A stretch of DNA of 64,000 nucleotides from Calcarisporiella thermophila CBS 279.70. Its lineage: Eukaryota; Fungi; Calcarisporiellomycota. The stretch lies in contig NW_027192205.1 of NCBI RefSeq assembly GCF_041956535.1, positions 193,785-257,784 of the forward strand, in the 5' to 3' direction. Below the pieces are notes generated by a model that was not told the origin of the DNA, did not search any database, and was given only the letters and a program-made list of their open reading frames with translations. The position numbers and the translations under genes are program-made. Every line of letters starts with the position of its first letter. Position 1 is the first letter of the stretch. Shown here one piece after another: positions 1-12,479 of this stretch.

Positions 1-1767
1 AAATCCAACAAAGAAAGCGACATTTGCAAGGAGAGGAGCGCTTTTCTTCAAGGATTGAAGGATGGTCTAAGTAGCATTGAGCAGCATTAGAATCGAGAGC
101 AAATAAAGTCGATAAAGTGTGGATATAAGATGCTTACCGCATTTCCAGGCGTAATACTCAACAATCGCAAGAGTCTCAACCCAGCTAACGCTTGAAACAA
201 ATATATATGATGATCATCCGTCGTCTGGGTCTTCGTTAACACCAACGCTAAATTCACCCAATAACATATGACCGCTAAGAAATCCATACGGTTAAAGCTA
301 TGTCGCAAATAGGCTGTAGCGCGTGGTATTTCAATTTGAGAGGTGGAATTGGATGCAATCACGGCCTGATCTATGGTATTGGCATTCCTGGCTAGCGAGT
401 CTTTGCGTGGTGATAACTCTTTGGAATTATGAATCTGGGAACGAGGATGTGTATTGAGATTTCGATTATCCACTATATCGGGGGGGCTGACATAAATGGG
501 CGCGACCGTTGGTGGTTTCGGGTTGATAATAAATCCAGATACGACAATGCGAGCAAATATTTCTAGTCTGAAATCAAAAGGGCAAGTTAAAACACTTACT
601 CACACTTAGATTGCATCAACTGAACACTTACGAATAGATGGAATAAATTATAAGCAAGGTCCAATCTAACCAGGAGCCCCACCCTAGGGTTCGGCATTGA
701 TCAAAACCCGAAAATTCATCTTGTGGTTGGGCTTTGCATTGTCTGGTATTCCAAGCATCGATGGAAAGTACAATAGCATGCAGCAAGATTATACCAAGAA
801 TAATAGGCTCTGTCCATCTAATAAATTGCAATTTAAAAGTTGTGAGCAAGCATAGCCTCCAAACATATAAGCTTAATATTTACTTGTGATGAAGAATATG
901 ATAGAGTGTAACCCGAAAAAAGTTTCGTGGGCCGAATATACACAAGGACCTGCCCTGCAGCATTGGGATGGTAAGGGTTGTGGAAGTTATATCCACAGCA
1001 TGTTCTGAGTAAGGGGGAGCTTCGATAGCCGGCTTCTCATAAATGACTGCTTTTGTTTGGCGTTTCAACTCATGTTTTTTGCGCATAGAAGTGCCTCGCT
1101 CCAGCTCGGTAGTCTTCTGCTCGGTATTGTGGAGGTTCACCACTCGGGTTGAAGCCCGTTGAAGAATCGTGCCTACAACGTTAAGGCGGTTCGCTTGACG
1201 ATGTGTGCTAAATCGTATCGGCGTTCGCTCTTTCTCGATTCCGCTTTCCAATTTCGAGGTATCGAATTGAATACCTGAAGGGCTGTGTCGCAAAGGCTGT
1301 GCATTCTCAGTCAAACGTGCTGTATCAGCATAATCGGAAGGCGGCTCGTCTTCTTCATCCTCATGATCCGCAATGTGTCCACTTCCACCCTCAATCGAAG
1401 ATGTAAAAGAAGAAATGCTCTCTCTTCCAGCTGGGAAGGGGACCATTTGCGTGAGCTCCATGTCTTGTGGATGGAAGAGACTATTTCCACGGTGGAATCC
1501 GAGAGTACGTCTCCTACCAAAAGAGCTCACATGTCGGTGCATCGGAAACCGATCGTTTTCATGTCTGGAATGCGGCGATGTATAGGATGTATCACCAAAT
1601 TGTACATCGTTGTCAATGCTGTTATTGTTGGTGTTGTTGTCGTCATGATGTCGATGTTGTGCATTGTTGAAATCGCGACCGAAAATGTCGTCTTCTCCTG
1701 AGCCCCATCTGGATCCATCAGCGTGGGTAGGCGATGGACCAGGAGGACGATCAGATGTATGCTCCAT
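1..1767 (-). CDS. CCH1: Voltage-gated calcium channel alpha subunit Cch1, 5' part; multi-exon, runs off the left edge
   Basis: Long hydrophilic N-terminus followed by LQGRSLCIFGPRNFFR, WTEPIILGIILLHAIVL (S1), AYLRHSFNRMDFLAVICYW (S3) and LRLLRLL (S4), all typical of fungal Cch1; GT-AG introns join ORFs 880-1767, 628-849 and 87-473. Confidence 0.9.
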
Positions 1768-2181
1768 ATATTAAAGAGCACCTGATGAACGATCAGGCTT
1801 CTTCAATCGTAAGAGTACAAATAGGTTTGATTAAGAGAGAAGCTCGCTCTTAATACTCGGAGAAATTCAATCTCTAGCTATATAATGGATTGTTTGTTTT
1901 AAGTATTTTAAAAAGATTGACTAAATATCCACATTTTCTTTCCTTTGGATAAGGTCCCTGTGAGACAGAAATTGAAAAGAATGTTTTGAGCCTCCTCGAT
2001 TTCAGATACGTCAGATACTTTCCTTAAAGTAGAATGCTTATCTAAATCAATGGGTGCAGGTCTAGATGTGAGAACAAATTATTGGAAACGCTTCCTACTT
2101 AGAGTTCATTTGTGCATAGCTGCCAACGAAACTTCTTTTTCGGGAGTATTCGAGATGGCTTGGAGTTTTCTTGCCAAGTTT

Positions 2182-2364
2182 TTTGCCTATCGAAAATAGG
2201 ATCATATATAGTTGAATATGGCTTATTAACAGTTTTTTAACTTAAACAGTCCGGAGGTTCAAAGCCATGGAGAAGTTTCCCTGGGAATTAATAGGCTAGA
2301 CCTACTCTTTCCGGACTATTAGTAAAAATTTTTCGCCAATTTTGTCGAAAAATTAATAGGCAAA
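2182..2364. repeat. Degenerate nested inverted repeat (possible MITE relic) in the CCH1/CPR divergent intergenic region
   Basis: TTTGCCTAT 2182-2190 pairs with ATAGGCAAA 2356-2364; AGTCCGGA 2248-2255 pairs with TCCGGACT 2310-2317, with imperfect AT-rich extension. Confidence 0.3.
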
Positions 2365-2650
2365 TCCCGGAGAGAACACTAAAGGAGATGAGTAATTTTA
2401 AACGTCTGTAAATATCGGAAAGCATAATGAAATGAAAATATATAAACGTGAGCGATAGGTAGGAATGCAAAAAAGACAAACCAGGAGCATTATATATTTT
2501 CTTCTCAATTCTTTACATTCTATTATAGGATGGCTACAAATCAAGGTAAGCATGTTCATTAGACCCTCTTTTTTTTTCTTACCTTTCAGCTTTGCTCTAG
2601 CGCTATTTTTGATCGACCCATCATGGGGATTTAAATCGGTGACTTTGACA

Positions 2651-4913
2651 ATGGCTGGAGCTGTCACGGCTTCTCTTCTATTATTATTGAGTATCCAACC
2701 TTTTTTTCGTACACCCAACACTGGGAAATCCTCTAAGCAAGGAGTTATAACAAAACCCACCTCACGTCCACAGCCTTCCACACTTCAAAACTCCAAGAAT
2801 TTTGTTAAAAAAATGGAAGAAAAAGTAGGTTTTGTTTTAACTTTCAAGACTTTTCCTTAAATACTCAAATATTCTACGTGGATTTTCAGAATTATAATTT
2901 AATAATATTTTACGGATCCCAAACTGGTACAGCCGAAGATTATGCTATGAGACTTGCTCGAGAGGCTATGCAGAAATATGGATTACGAGTCATAGTTGCA
3001 AACGTCGAGGATTACGATCTCCGCTATCTTAGCCAACTACGTTGTCTTGCTATTTTTGTATTGGCGACATATGGAGAGGGTGAACCGACGGATAGCGCGA
3101 AAGAATTTTGGGAAATAGTTTGCTCCGAAGATTCAGCGTTCAAAGGAGAAGAGAAGGAGCGCCCACTTGAAAATCTTCGATACTTTATCTTTGGATTGGG
3201 AAACCGCGGCTACGAGCTCTTTAACGAGTAATATGGCATTAATTATTTATTTTTATCAATTGGCCTAATTGTGTGTTTTTTAATTGCATAGATGTTCACG
3301 GAGAGTTGATAAAGAACTGCAACGTTGGGGTGCAACGAGACTGGGTAGTCGAGGAGAGGGTGACGATGACTCTAACTTGGAAGAAGATTTCCTTACGTGG
3401 AAAGAAGAGATATGGAGTATACTGTCGAAGGAAATGGTACTTGCCACGCTCGAGAGTGATAGCTCCTATTCTGAACAATTTATTGTTAAAGAGTTATCCT
3501 CGGAGGAATTAGAGAAAACACATGTATATCATGGCGAACTGGTTGATCAAAATATCAAAAATCAAGAGTAAGGCTTAGCTTTAACTGGAATTGTCTGAGT
3601 ATTCTAATTATTTGAACCTAAACCATTCTTATAGCATTAATGAATATAGCGCGAAAAGGCCGTTCTTTGCACCGATATCAACTAGAAACCTTTTTTCATC
3701 CACTTGCTCACGCGTCTGTATTCATGGTGAAATTGATTTAGCAAGCTCGGGCATGACATACGAAACAGGCGACCACCTTGGAGTTTGGCCATTGAATCCC
3801 GAAGAAGAGGTTGAACGTTTAGCCAGAGCACTTGGGCTTTGGTCTCGCGTTGATCAGATCATCACAGTCCGGAGCAAGGAGGGGTCTGGCAACAAGCTCT
3901 ATCCGTTCCCTTCGCCAAGCTCATATCGCACCATTTTTCGGCATTATCTTGATATTTGCACCATCCCTTCACGTCAAACTATTTGTCAACTTGCAAACTT
4001 TGCTCCAACCGATGATGCCAAAAACTATTTAACTAATCTCGGTGAGAAAGCCGAGTACACTCGTAGAGTAAAGAATTCATGTCTTACGCTAGGTCAAGTG
4101 CTAGAACGCGCGTCAACCCAATCATTTACTGGAGTGCCTTTCTCCTTCATCGTCGAAAATATATCCAGATTACAGTGTAGATACTACTCAATATCTTCAT
4201 CCAACATGGTATCTCCAAATTCACCGCACATAGCTGCAGTAGCTCTTTCATATCACCCAGATGGGGAGCCTTCTCGTACAGTTTATGGAGTTGGGTCGAA
4301 TTATCTCAAGAAGATATTTCACCACCAGAATCCAAACGAACCCATCAATTTTCCCAATACACCGCACTACCATATAACAAGGACTCATAACATTGTTCGT
4401 ATACCAGTTCATATCCGACAATCAACCTTCAAATTGCCGCAAGACAAGAGTATTCCAATCATAATGGTAGGTCCCGGAACGGGTGCAGCACCATTTCGAG
4501 GATTTATGCAAGAACGTGCACTAAGTGCTGAGAAAGGAGAAGACGTGGGGCCAATGCTCTTGTTCACTGGATGTAGAAATAAGGAGCAAGACTTTCTCTA
4601 CGGCGATGAATGGGAGCAATATTTTCAACATTTGCCATTTTCTCAAGTGATTACTGCATTTTCCCGAGATCAGCCGGAGAAAATATATGTTCAACATCGA
4701 CTATATGAGAATGCGACAGCAGTTTGGAATATATTAAGCACTAAAAGTGGTTACTTTTATGTATGTGGAGATGCTAAGAGCATGGCAAAAGAGGTGAATT
4801 TGACGTTGGTGCGAATTGCGCAGGAGCTTGGGGCGATGACTCAGCAGGAAGCCATGGATTGGGTTAAAGATTTGAGATCAAATGGAAGGTATATGGAGGA
4901 TGTGTGGAGCTAA
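2651..4913 (+). CDS. NCP1: NADPH-cytochrome P450 reductase (4 exons; start approximate)
   Basis: N-terminal hydrophobic anchor; FMN motifs YGSQTGTAED, ATYGEGEPTD and FGLGN; FAD motif RYYSISS; NADPH motif MVGPGTGAAPFRGF; YVCGDAK; C-terminal EDVWS. Confidence 0.95.
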
Positions 4914-5374
4914 TTCGAAGTACTCTATTAGTTTTTGCAATGTATAGAGCATTTCCATTTTCTTTATTTTTTTTTTAATAGAGCATGCAGATTTTAATAT
5001 AATTTATAACATGAGAATTTCAAGCATATATTTTCACTGTGCAACTAATAAAACCCCAAACTCCAAAAGCTGCTTGGTTTATACGAGTTCAATACAATTA
5101 CTGCTTTTCTAGATTTAGTTAAACTACTGTTATTACTACCCTTACTCAGACATGTTAGAGAAGCCAGGATGTTGAATAATGAACAGAAGGCTCTAGAGTA
5201 TCAAAATCGAGTGCATTATAAATCCTCATTCATAATTTAAGTGGCTTGGTATTCCTCATTCATCTCTTCGCGACCTAGTCTTCCTTCGACAAAGGTGGTG
5301 TTCTTTTTGCTTCTTTTTTTTTTGCTTCTATTTTTTTTATACATAATTTTATTGTGAAATAAGCCTTTTTCGTC

Positions 5375-8300
5375 ATGTCGAAAGTACCGGTATATAATCA
5401 TTGCATTTAATTATGAAAATCCTTTGGATTTTACCTCCAAACAGAATTAACGCGTGTATCACTTATTCTGTAAATTTCTATAGCAAAGTATGGAGATAGA
5501 AAAAGATGCTAGTACTTCCGTGAACATCGATGAGGGCTTGTATTCCCGTCAACTGTAATCTAACATTGCCCTTTTTACTTGATCATTTAGAATTCAGCTC
5601 ATTATAATTTCTCCAACAAAATAGTTACGTACTTGGCCACGATGCCATGAAAAGGATGGGCACTTCTTCCGTTCTGATTATTGGATTGAAGGGTCTAGGT
5701 GTCGAAATTGGTAAGTTTTTTAATTTGATTTTTCATTCTTACGTCTCTCTAATTTCCTGGTCATTCTTTAAAGCCAAAAATGTTGTGCTCGCTGGAGTAA
5801 AAAGTGTCACCCTCTACGATCCAAATCCAGTAAACATTTCTGATCTTAGTACTCAGTTCTATCTTCGTGAAGAAGATGTTGGAAAGAGCCGTGCATCTGT
5901 ATCTGCTCCTCATCTTGCAGAATTAAATCAATACGTTCCTGTATCGGTTTGGGAGGGCGAATTAACAAATGATGTGCTAGCAAAACATAAAGTGGTCGTA
6001 TGCACTGACGTGCCCCTCAAGAAACAACTAGAAATCAATGCGTTTTGCCACGATAATGATATCTACTTTATTTCAGCAGATGTGCGTGGACTTTTTGGAA
6101 TGGCATTCAATGATTTTGGAAAAGCCTTTCAAGTTATTGACACAACTGGAGAAGAGCCATTAACAGGCATGATAGCTGCGATTAGCAAGGTTATTACATA
6201 AACTACTATTTTCTTTTAGGGACATTATATTGATTATCAATTTTTATATTCAGGATAATGAGGGCATTGTCACATGTCTAGATGAGTCCCGACACGGCCT
6301 TGAAGATGGTGACTACGTGACATTCTCTGAGATCAAAGGCATGGAGGAGCTGAATGGATGCTCGCCCAAAAAAATCAAGGTGCTTGGCCCTTACACTTTC
6401 GGAATTGGCGATACGTCCAGCCTTAGTGAATATGTGAGCGGCGGCATGTTCACACAGGTGAAGATGCCCAAGACTATCGACTTCGATTCCCTCCAAACTG
6501 CCTTAAAGAAACCACAATTTCTTGTGTCCGATTTCGCTAAATTCGATCGACCTGCACAACTACATGTTGGATTCCAAGCCCTTGATGCCTTCAGAGCTAA
6601 GCATGGGCGCCTACCCCGCCCCAGGAATGAGGAAGATGCTAATGAGGTTCTAGCTCTTACCAATGAAATAAATGGTAGAAGTGAAGAGAAGGTTTGTTAG
6701 AAAGCTAAATTTTTATATTTTTTGCATTACTAACCATGCGTTATTAGGCTGAAATCGATGATAAGCTAATCAAGGAACTTTCCTATCAAGCAGCTGGTGA
6801 TCTTTCACCAATGGTGGCAGTGTTTGGCGGTTTGATTGCCCAAGAGGTTCTCAAAGCTTGCAGTGGCAAGTTCCATCCGATCCACCAATATTTCTACTTT
6901 GATGCACTTGAATGCCTGCCCAACTCAGCAGAACTAACTGAAGAAGATTGCCAACCTGTAACACCATCATTACAGTTTTAAAGATCGATTTCCAGTTCAT
7001 ACTTATTCCTTTCTTTATTTTTTAGATTGGCTCTCGCTATGATGGCCAGATTGCGGTGTTCGGACGAAAATTCCAAGATAGGATTGCCAATTTCAAAGAG
7101 TTCTTGGTTGGTGCTGGTGCCATTGGGTGTGAAATGTTGAAAAACTGGGCAATGATGGGTCTTGGTACTGGCCCACAGGGCATAGTCCATATTACGGATA
7201 TGGACACGATCGAAAAGAGCAATCTTAACCGACAGTTCCTCTTCCGTCCCGGAGATGTGGGCAAACTCAAGGCTGAAACAGCTTCCGCAGCCATTGCTAA
7301 AATGAACCCTAACGTGATCGGTAAAATCATTTCTCACCCAGATCGAGTCGGCCCCGAGGCAGAGAATGTTTACGACGACGCTTTCTTTGAGTCGCTCGAT
7401 GGTGTTACAAACGCCCTCGATAATCTGGAGGCACGCAAGTACATGGACCGCCGCTGCGTCTATTATCGTAAACCTTTGCTGGAGTCGGGAACACTCGGCA
7501 CCAAAGGGAATACACAGGTGGTCATACCTTTCCTAACGGAATCCTACTCGTCATCCCAGGACCCACCAGAGAAACAAATTCCCATTTGCACGCTGAAAAA
7601 TTTCCCGAACGCGATCGAGCATACTATTCAGTGGGCAAGGGATCTATTTGAGGGTATGTTCCGACAGCCAGCTGAAAATGTCAACCTCTACTTGGTCCAA
7701 CCAAACTTTATGGAGACAACACTATCCCAAAGCGGAAATCAAAAGGAGATCCTTACGACCATTCGAGATTTCCTTGTGACTGCGAAGCCACTTACATTTG
7801 ATGAGTGCATTGTCTGGGCTCGATTGCGCTTTGAAGAACACTTCAACAACAACATTCGGCAGCTTCTATTCAATTTCCCAAAGGATGCGGTCACCTCCTC
7901 GGGGACGCTTTTCTGGTCGGGACCAAAGCGTGCGCCCGACGCGATTACGTTTGATACTGACAACCAGCTTCATATGGACTTCATTGTGGCTGCAGCTAAT
8001 CTACACGCTTTTAACTATGGGTTGAAGGGAGTCGACGACCGAAACTACATACGCGGGGTGCTGCAAAATGTCATCGTCCCGGAGTTTCAACCCAAGAAAG
8101 GCGTGAAGATTCAGGTTCAAGAAAACGAGAACGTACCACAGGAATCCGCTGATGAGAGCGAACTCCGCCAGATCATAAGCCAGATTCCCCCGGCGAGTCA
8201 ACTTGCTGGGTTCCGCCTTAACCCTGTTGAATTTGAAAAGGACGATGACACCAATTTCCACATTGACTTCATTACGGCCGCTTCCAACCTTCGTGCCACA

Positions 8301-8849
8301 AACTACGGTATTCAGCCGGCAGACCGTCACCGCACTAAATTCATTGCTGGCAAGATCATTCCTGCCATTGCAACGACAACTGCCCTTGTCACTGGGCTGG
8401 TATGTCTCGAACTCTATAAGGTGATCGACGGCAAGAATAGACTCGAGGATTATAAGAATGGCTTCGTGAATTTGGCGCTTCCCTTCTTCGGCTTCTCGGA
8501 GCCGATTGCCGCTCCCAAACTGGCTTATCACGACACCGAGTTCACGCTGTGGGATCGATTCGATATCAATGGCGACCCAACACTCAAGGAATTTTTGGAC
8601 TATTTCCAAAGGGAACATCAACTCGAAGTGACGATGCTTTCTTGCGGAGTGAGCATGCTCTATTCGTTCTTCATGCCGAAGAAAAAGCTAGATGAGAGGA
8701 TGGGCATGCCGATTTCACGTCTAGTGGAGACAGTAAGTCGTAAGCCTATTCCGCCTCACGTGAAGGCCTTGGTGTTGGAGATGTGTGTGAATGATAAAGA
8801 TGGAGAAGATGTAGAGGTTCCGTATGTTCGCGTGAAGATTAGGGATTAA
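5375..8849 (+). CDS. UBA1: Ubiquitin-activating enzyme E1 (multi-exon)
   Basis: [37 protein letters not shown], catalytic [10 protein letters not shown]-terminal UFD ending EDVEVPYVR. Confidence 0.97.
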
Positions 8850-9309
8850 AGGTGGCTAAACTGGAATAAACTCGAGCAATTTTTTTTTCAAAGCAGTAGA
8901 ATAAAATTTTTGCAAGATTTTTATTTTTGGAATATATATTATTTGAACGTCATTAAAGAATTCATTGCAATGTGGAATTTATCATCTCTACCCAGTGGAC
9001 TGGATAGTTTGGTTGGTTTTTGCTGGAAATGCTTTGCCAAAAACAATTCTGAGGGAAATGGTTCTGAAATGCAGAGAGCGCGATTATCTTGATTTAGAGG
9101 TAATACATTTTATTCAAACTCTGATAGACTAGAATCGTCCTTAAGGAAACTAGCATTCTGCAGTTGTAACCATGGAATGAAACTTCTGTATGAAAACAGA
9201 GAGGGTATAAAATTATATTATAAATGATACTAATAATGCTCTCAAAACAAAAAAATTCATGCACTTTCATTCTTAAAATAAATAAAAAAGTATAACCACT
9301 AAATATAAG

Positions 9310-10566
9310 CTAATGTCGACTTTGACTTCGTCGTCTTGTTTTATTTTTATCGTATCCTCGGTGACTAGAAGATACGTTGTCATCTCTACTTTCGAGCTTA
9401 TACCTACGTTTAGCCCTGCTTCCTTCTCTACTTCTTTCCCTGCCTCTCTCTCTGCTCATTTCTCTATCTCTTCTTCTGCCTCTACCCCTATCTCTTTCCC
9501 TGCTTCTACTTCTGCTACTATATTTATTTCTGCGCTTTTCATTATTCCGTTCGCGACGCCAATGATCGCTAGAATTCATATTTTCGCGCGGTTGGTCATA
9601 GTTATCCGGTGATTTTTCTCGACTTCTTGAAGAATAATTATGCAAAACTTGGCGCTGTCCTCTTGCAGTGGATGTTCGAATATCCGTATAACTTTCTAAT
9701 CTATCATTATCGCGTCTTCTTCTCCAGCAATCAGAGTATATTTGATCCGATTCAATTCGAGGTATCTCATGGTTATCTCCAACCTTTAGCGGCATTTTAA
9801 ATGGCCTGTCACGGCCTCCAAATCTCAACTGGCCCGACTCCTTTCGTCCACCGAGTCCACCGCCCAGGCGACGCGGAATCCAGCCGTCCATAATGCGGCT
9901 TCTCTCATAATCTACTAAAATTGGCTTGCTATCTACTAACATGTTGTTTGCATTCTTCAGAAAAACTAAGTCAGAGTGTAGCCAGATATATTTGCAAAAA
10001 ACTATGGATTACTTGATAAGCATTTTCAGCACTTCTCTTGTCTAAATATTCGATAAACGCGTATCCGCGCGAATCTCCAGTAACTATGCAGAATATATCA
10101 GAGTGTGGGCTTTATCACGTAATAATCGTGTATATTTACCAAAATTTCGAACCAGACGCAGAGATTTGATGGAGCCATACTGGCTAAAAACAGAATTCAG
10201 CGTTTCTAAAGATATTGTTACGATTTAATTTTTCGTAATTAAAATTATCACTAACATGTTAATTTACCCTCGTTTGTGTCTAGATTAAGTCTAGCGACAA
10301 AAATCGTCGTATAAGGATCTCCTTCAACAGATTTCGGCAGAGCATCTATGTGAAAGCAAAAATTCAAAGCGATACGATGTAAGTGTTCACGAAAAACAAA
10401 AAGTCTTCAATTAAATCAGGAATAAATTCGTAAATAAAGGATATGACTAACAAATTGCATTCTGTGCTCGGGAAATTGCATGATCGTGCGGTTTTATATC
10501 TGTTCCATCAATAGAGCCAACCTGCAAGGGCACGTAGATTTTACTGTACCAATGCCCCTTTCGCAT
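9310..10566 (-). CDS. SNRNP35: U11/U12 snRNP 35 kDa protein (minor spliceosome); RRM plus RS/RE tail
   Basis: Manually spliced exons give MRKGHWYSKIYVPLQVGSIDGTDIKPHDHAISRA, GDPYTTIFVARLN, RGYAFIEY and GWIPRRLGGGLGGRKESGQLRFGGRDRPF; GSIDGTD..PHD and KESGQLRFGGRDRPF are diagnostic for U11-35K rather than U1-70K. Confidence 0.92.
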
Positions 10567-10762
10567 TTCCTTTCTCTTTTATGGAAAAACTGTATGATAT
10601 AAAGGCCGTTATCTTATAAGATTTCTTTGATCGTTTTGATCATATTATTCGCAGGTTAGGTTAGAGCTAAGCCACCATTTCGACTTAATGTTGACAAGAG
10701 CAGAGGAAAATAAAAGAACCAACTAGAAATCAATAATCTTAAAACTTTGGTAGATCGCAAAA

Positions 10763-12290
10763 ATGTCTTACTGGCGCAATGCTAGATCATTAGCTCTCCT
10801 TCGGTCGTCTTCTTTTCTATATACTTCACCCAATATCACACATGCAAGACCCTCTCGTCTTGCCACTCTTCAGACTCGAAATACAAGTGCATTCGCAAAA
10901 TTCGTCGAGACCCTAAAGACTCAATGGAAGAAGAACAGAGAGCTCCAAGATAACATTAAACAATTACAGGATCAGACGGGAAAAATGTCTGATAGTGATG
11001 CCCTGAAGAAAGCAAAAGAAATGTACGAGAAGGCTAAGGTTTGTTTCACATACTACCAGGCTTGGCATTGAATACTCCAATGGCTTACTTGTGCTTTTCC
11101 TCAATTTAGGAGGGCGCCGACCAGACATCGAGTGCGCTCGGAAAGACAGCTGAGGTATTTAAAAAACAGGCAGACGAATTCGGCCAAAAGTTTAGCGAAA
11201 CTATTAAGGAAGCCTCTGAGACGAAATTTGTAAAGGATGGTGCAGAAAAGGTACATTTTATTATCTCTTTAATTGGAAGAAACAGTTCTAATTTGCTTTC
11301 CCTCGGTAGATCTCTTCATTTGCTCAAAAAGTCTCGGAAACCGCTGAGCCGATTGTACAAAGCCCTCATGTACAAAAAGTATCCGAGTCAGTCAAAGTTG
11401 TGCTCGAGGACACTAGTAGCCGTTATGGAGGTTTCGTCGACAAAGAGACACGGCGTAAGCTTCGTGAAGAAGCAATGAAGAAAGAAGGGCTCGACCCCGC
11501 TTCGAGTGCCAAACGTCGTGTCGAGGAAGACCCCAATGCTGGTCAAAACATAGTCTTACACAAAGACTCTGCATGGAAAGAGAGCTGGAATAAATTCAAG
11601 GAGAACAACCCCGTAATGCAAGGGATTTTCAACATGAAACGATCTTATGACGATAGTGACAACATCTTCATTTCATATACTCGTGCATTCACTGACCGGA
11701 TATCGGATGCATTCTGTAAGCTTCTGTCACTCAATTGATATTGAAGATGTTTCAAGCTCAACTCTAATTTTCAACATTTAGCGTCTATCTTTGAGGAAAC
11801 AGAGACTGCACAAGCCATTCGCTCACTACAACAGATTGACCCCCGCTTCAATCTCGATCGCTTTATCAAGGAAGCACGCGAGTACATTGTTCCAGAAGTG
11901 CTTGACGCCTATCTCAAGGGTGACGCCCAGACATTACGTGAGTGGTGTTCCGAGGCCACCTACAATGTACTTACGGCCGGTATCCAGGCGCAAATTCAGC
12001 AAGGGCTTGTGAGCGATTGTAGAATTCTCGATTTACGCAATGTAGAGCTGGTGACTGCTAAAGTGCTCGACAACGATGTTCCTGTGTTGGTGCTTAGCTT
12101 CCAAACCCAGGAGGTCATCTTGTTTAGAAATCGTTTGACACGAGAAATTGTGTACGGAAAAGAGGACCATATTGAGCAAGTGACGTACGCGTGCGTGCTC
12201 ACCATGCGAGAGGAGGACTTACAAAACCCTACAACAGGTGGATGGAGAGTCATTGACATGGCGAAACACGACTCTCGCCCCACCTGGTAA
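10763..12290 (+). CDS. TIM44: Mitochondrial import translocase subunit Tim44 (multi-exon)
   Basis: Basic presequence; RYGGFVDKETRR; VEEDPNAGQNIVLHKDSAWKESW; Tim44 domain LREWCSEATYN...FQTQE...GWRVIDM. Confidence 0.93.
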
Positions 12291-12479
12291 AATAGATGTT
12301 TTATTTCTTTTCCCACCCCCATAAAAACCGTGATCCTTGTCTTGTCGAAATATAATCCAAATAGACATATATCAATGTTCCTTTTTTCCCTTTCTATCGG
12401 GCTTTTTAAATGGATCGTTCACTTTAATTTTGTAACTGTATTAATTTCCATGTTCCTTTCTAAAAATCCATTTATTTTT

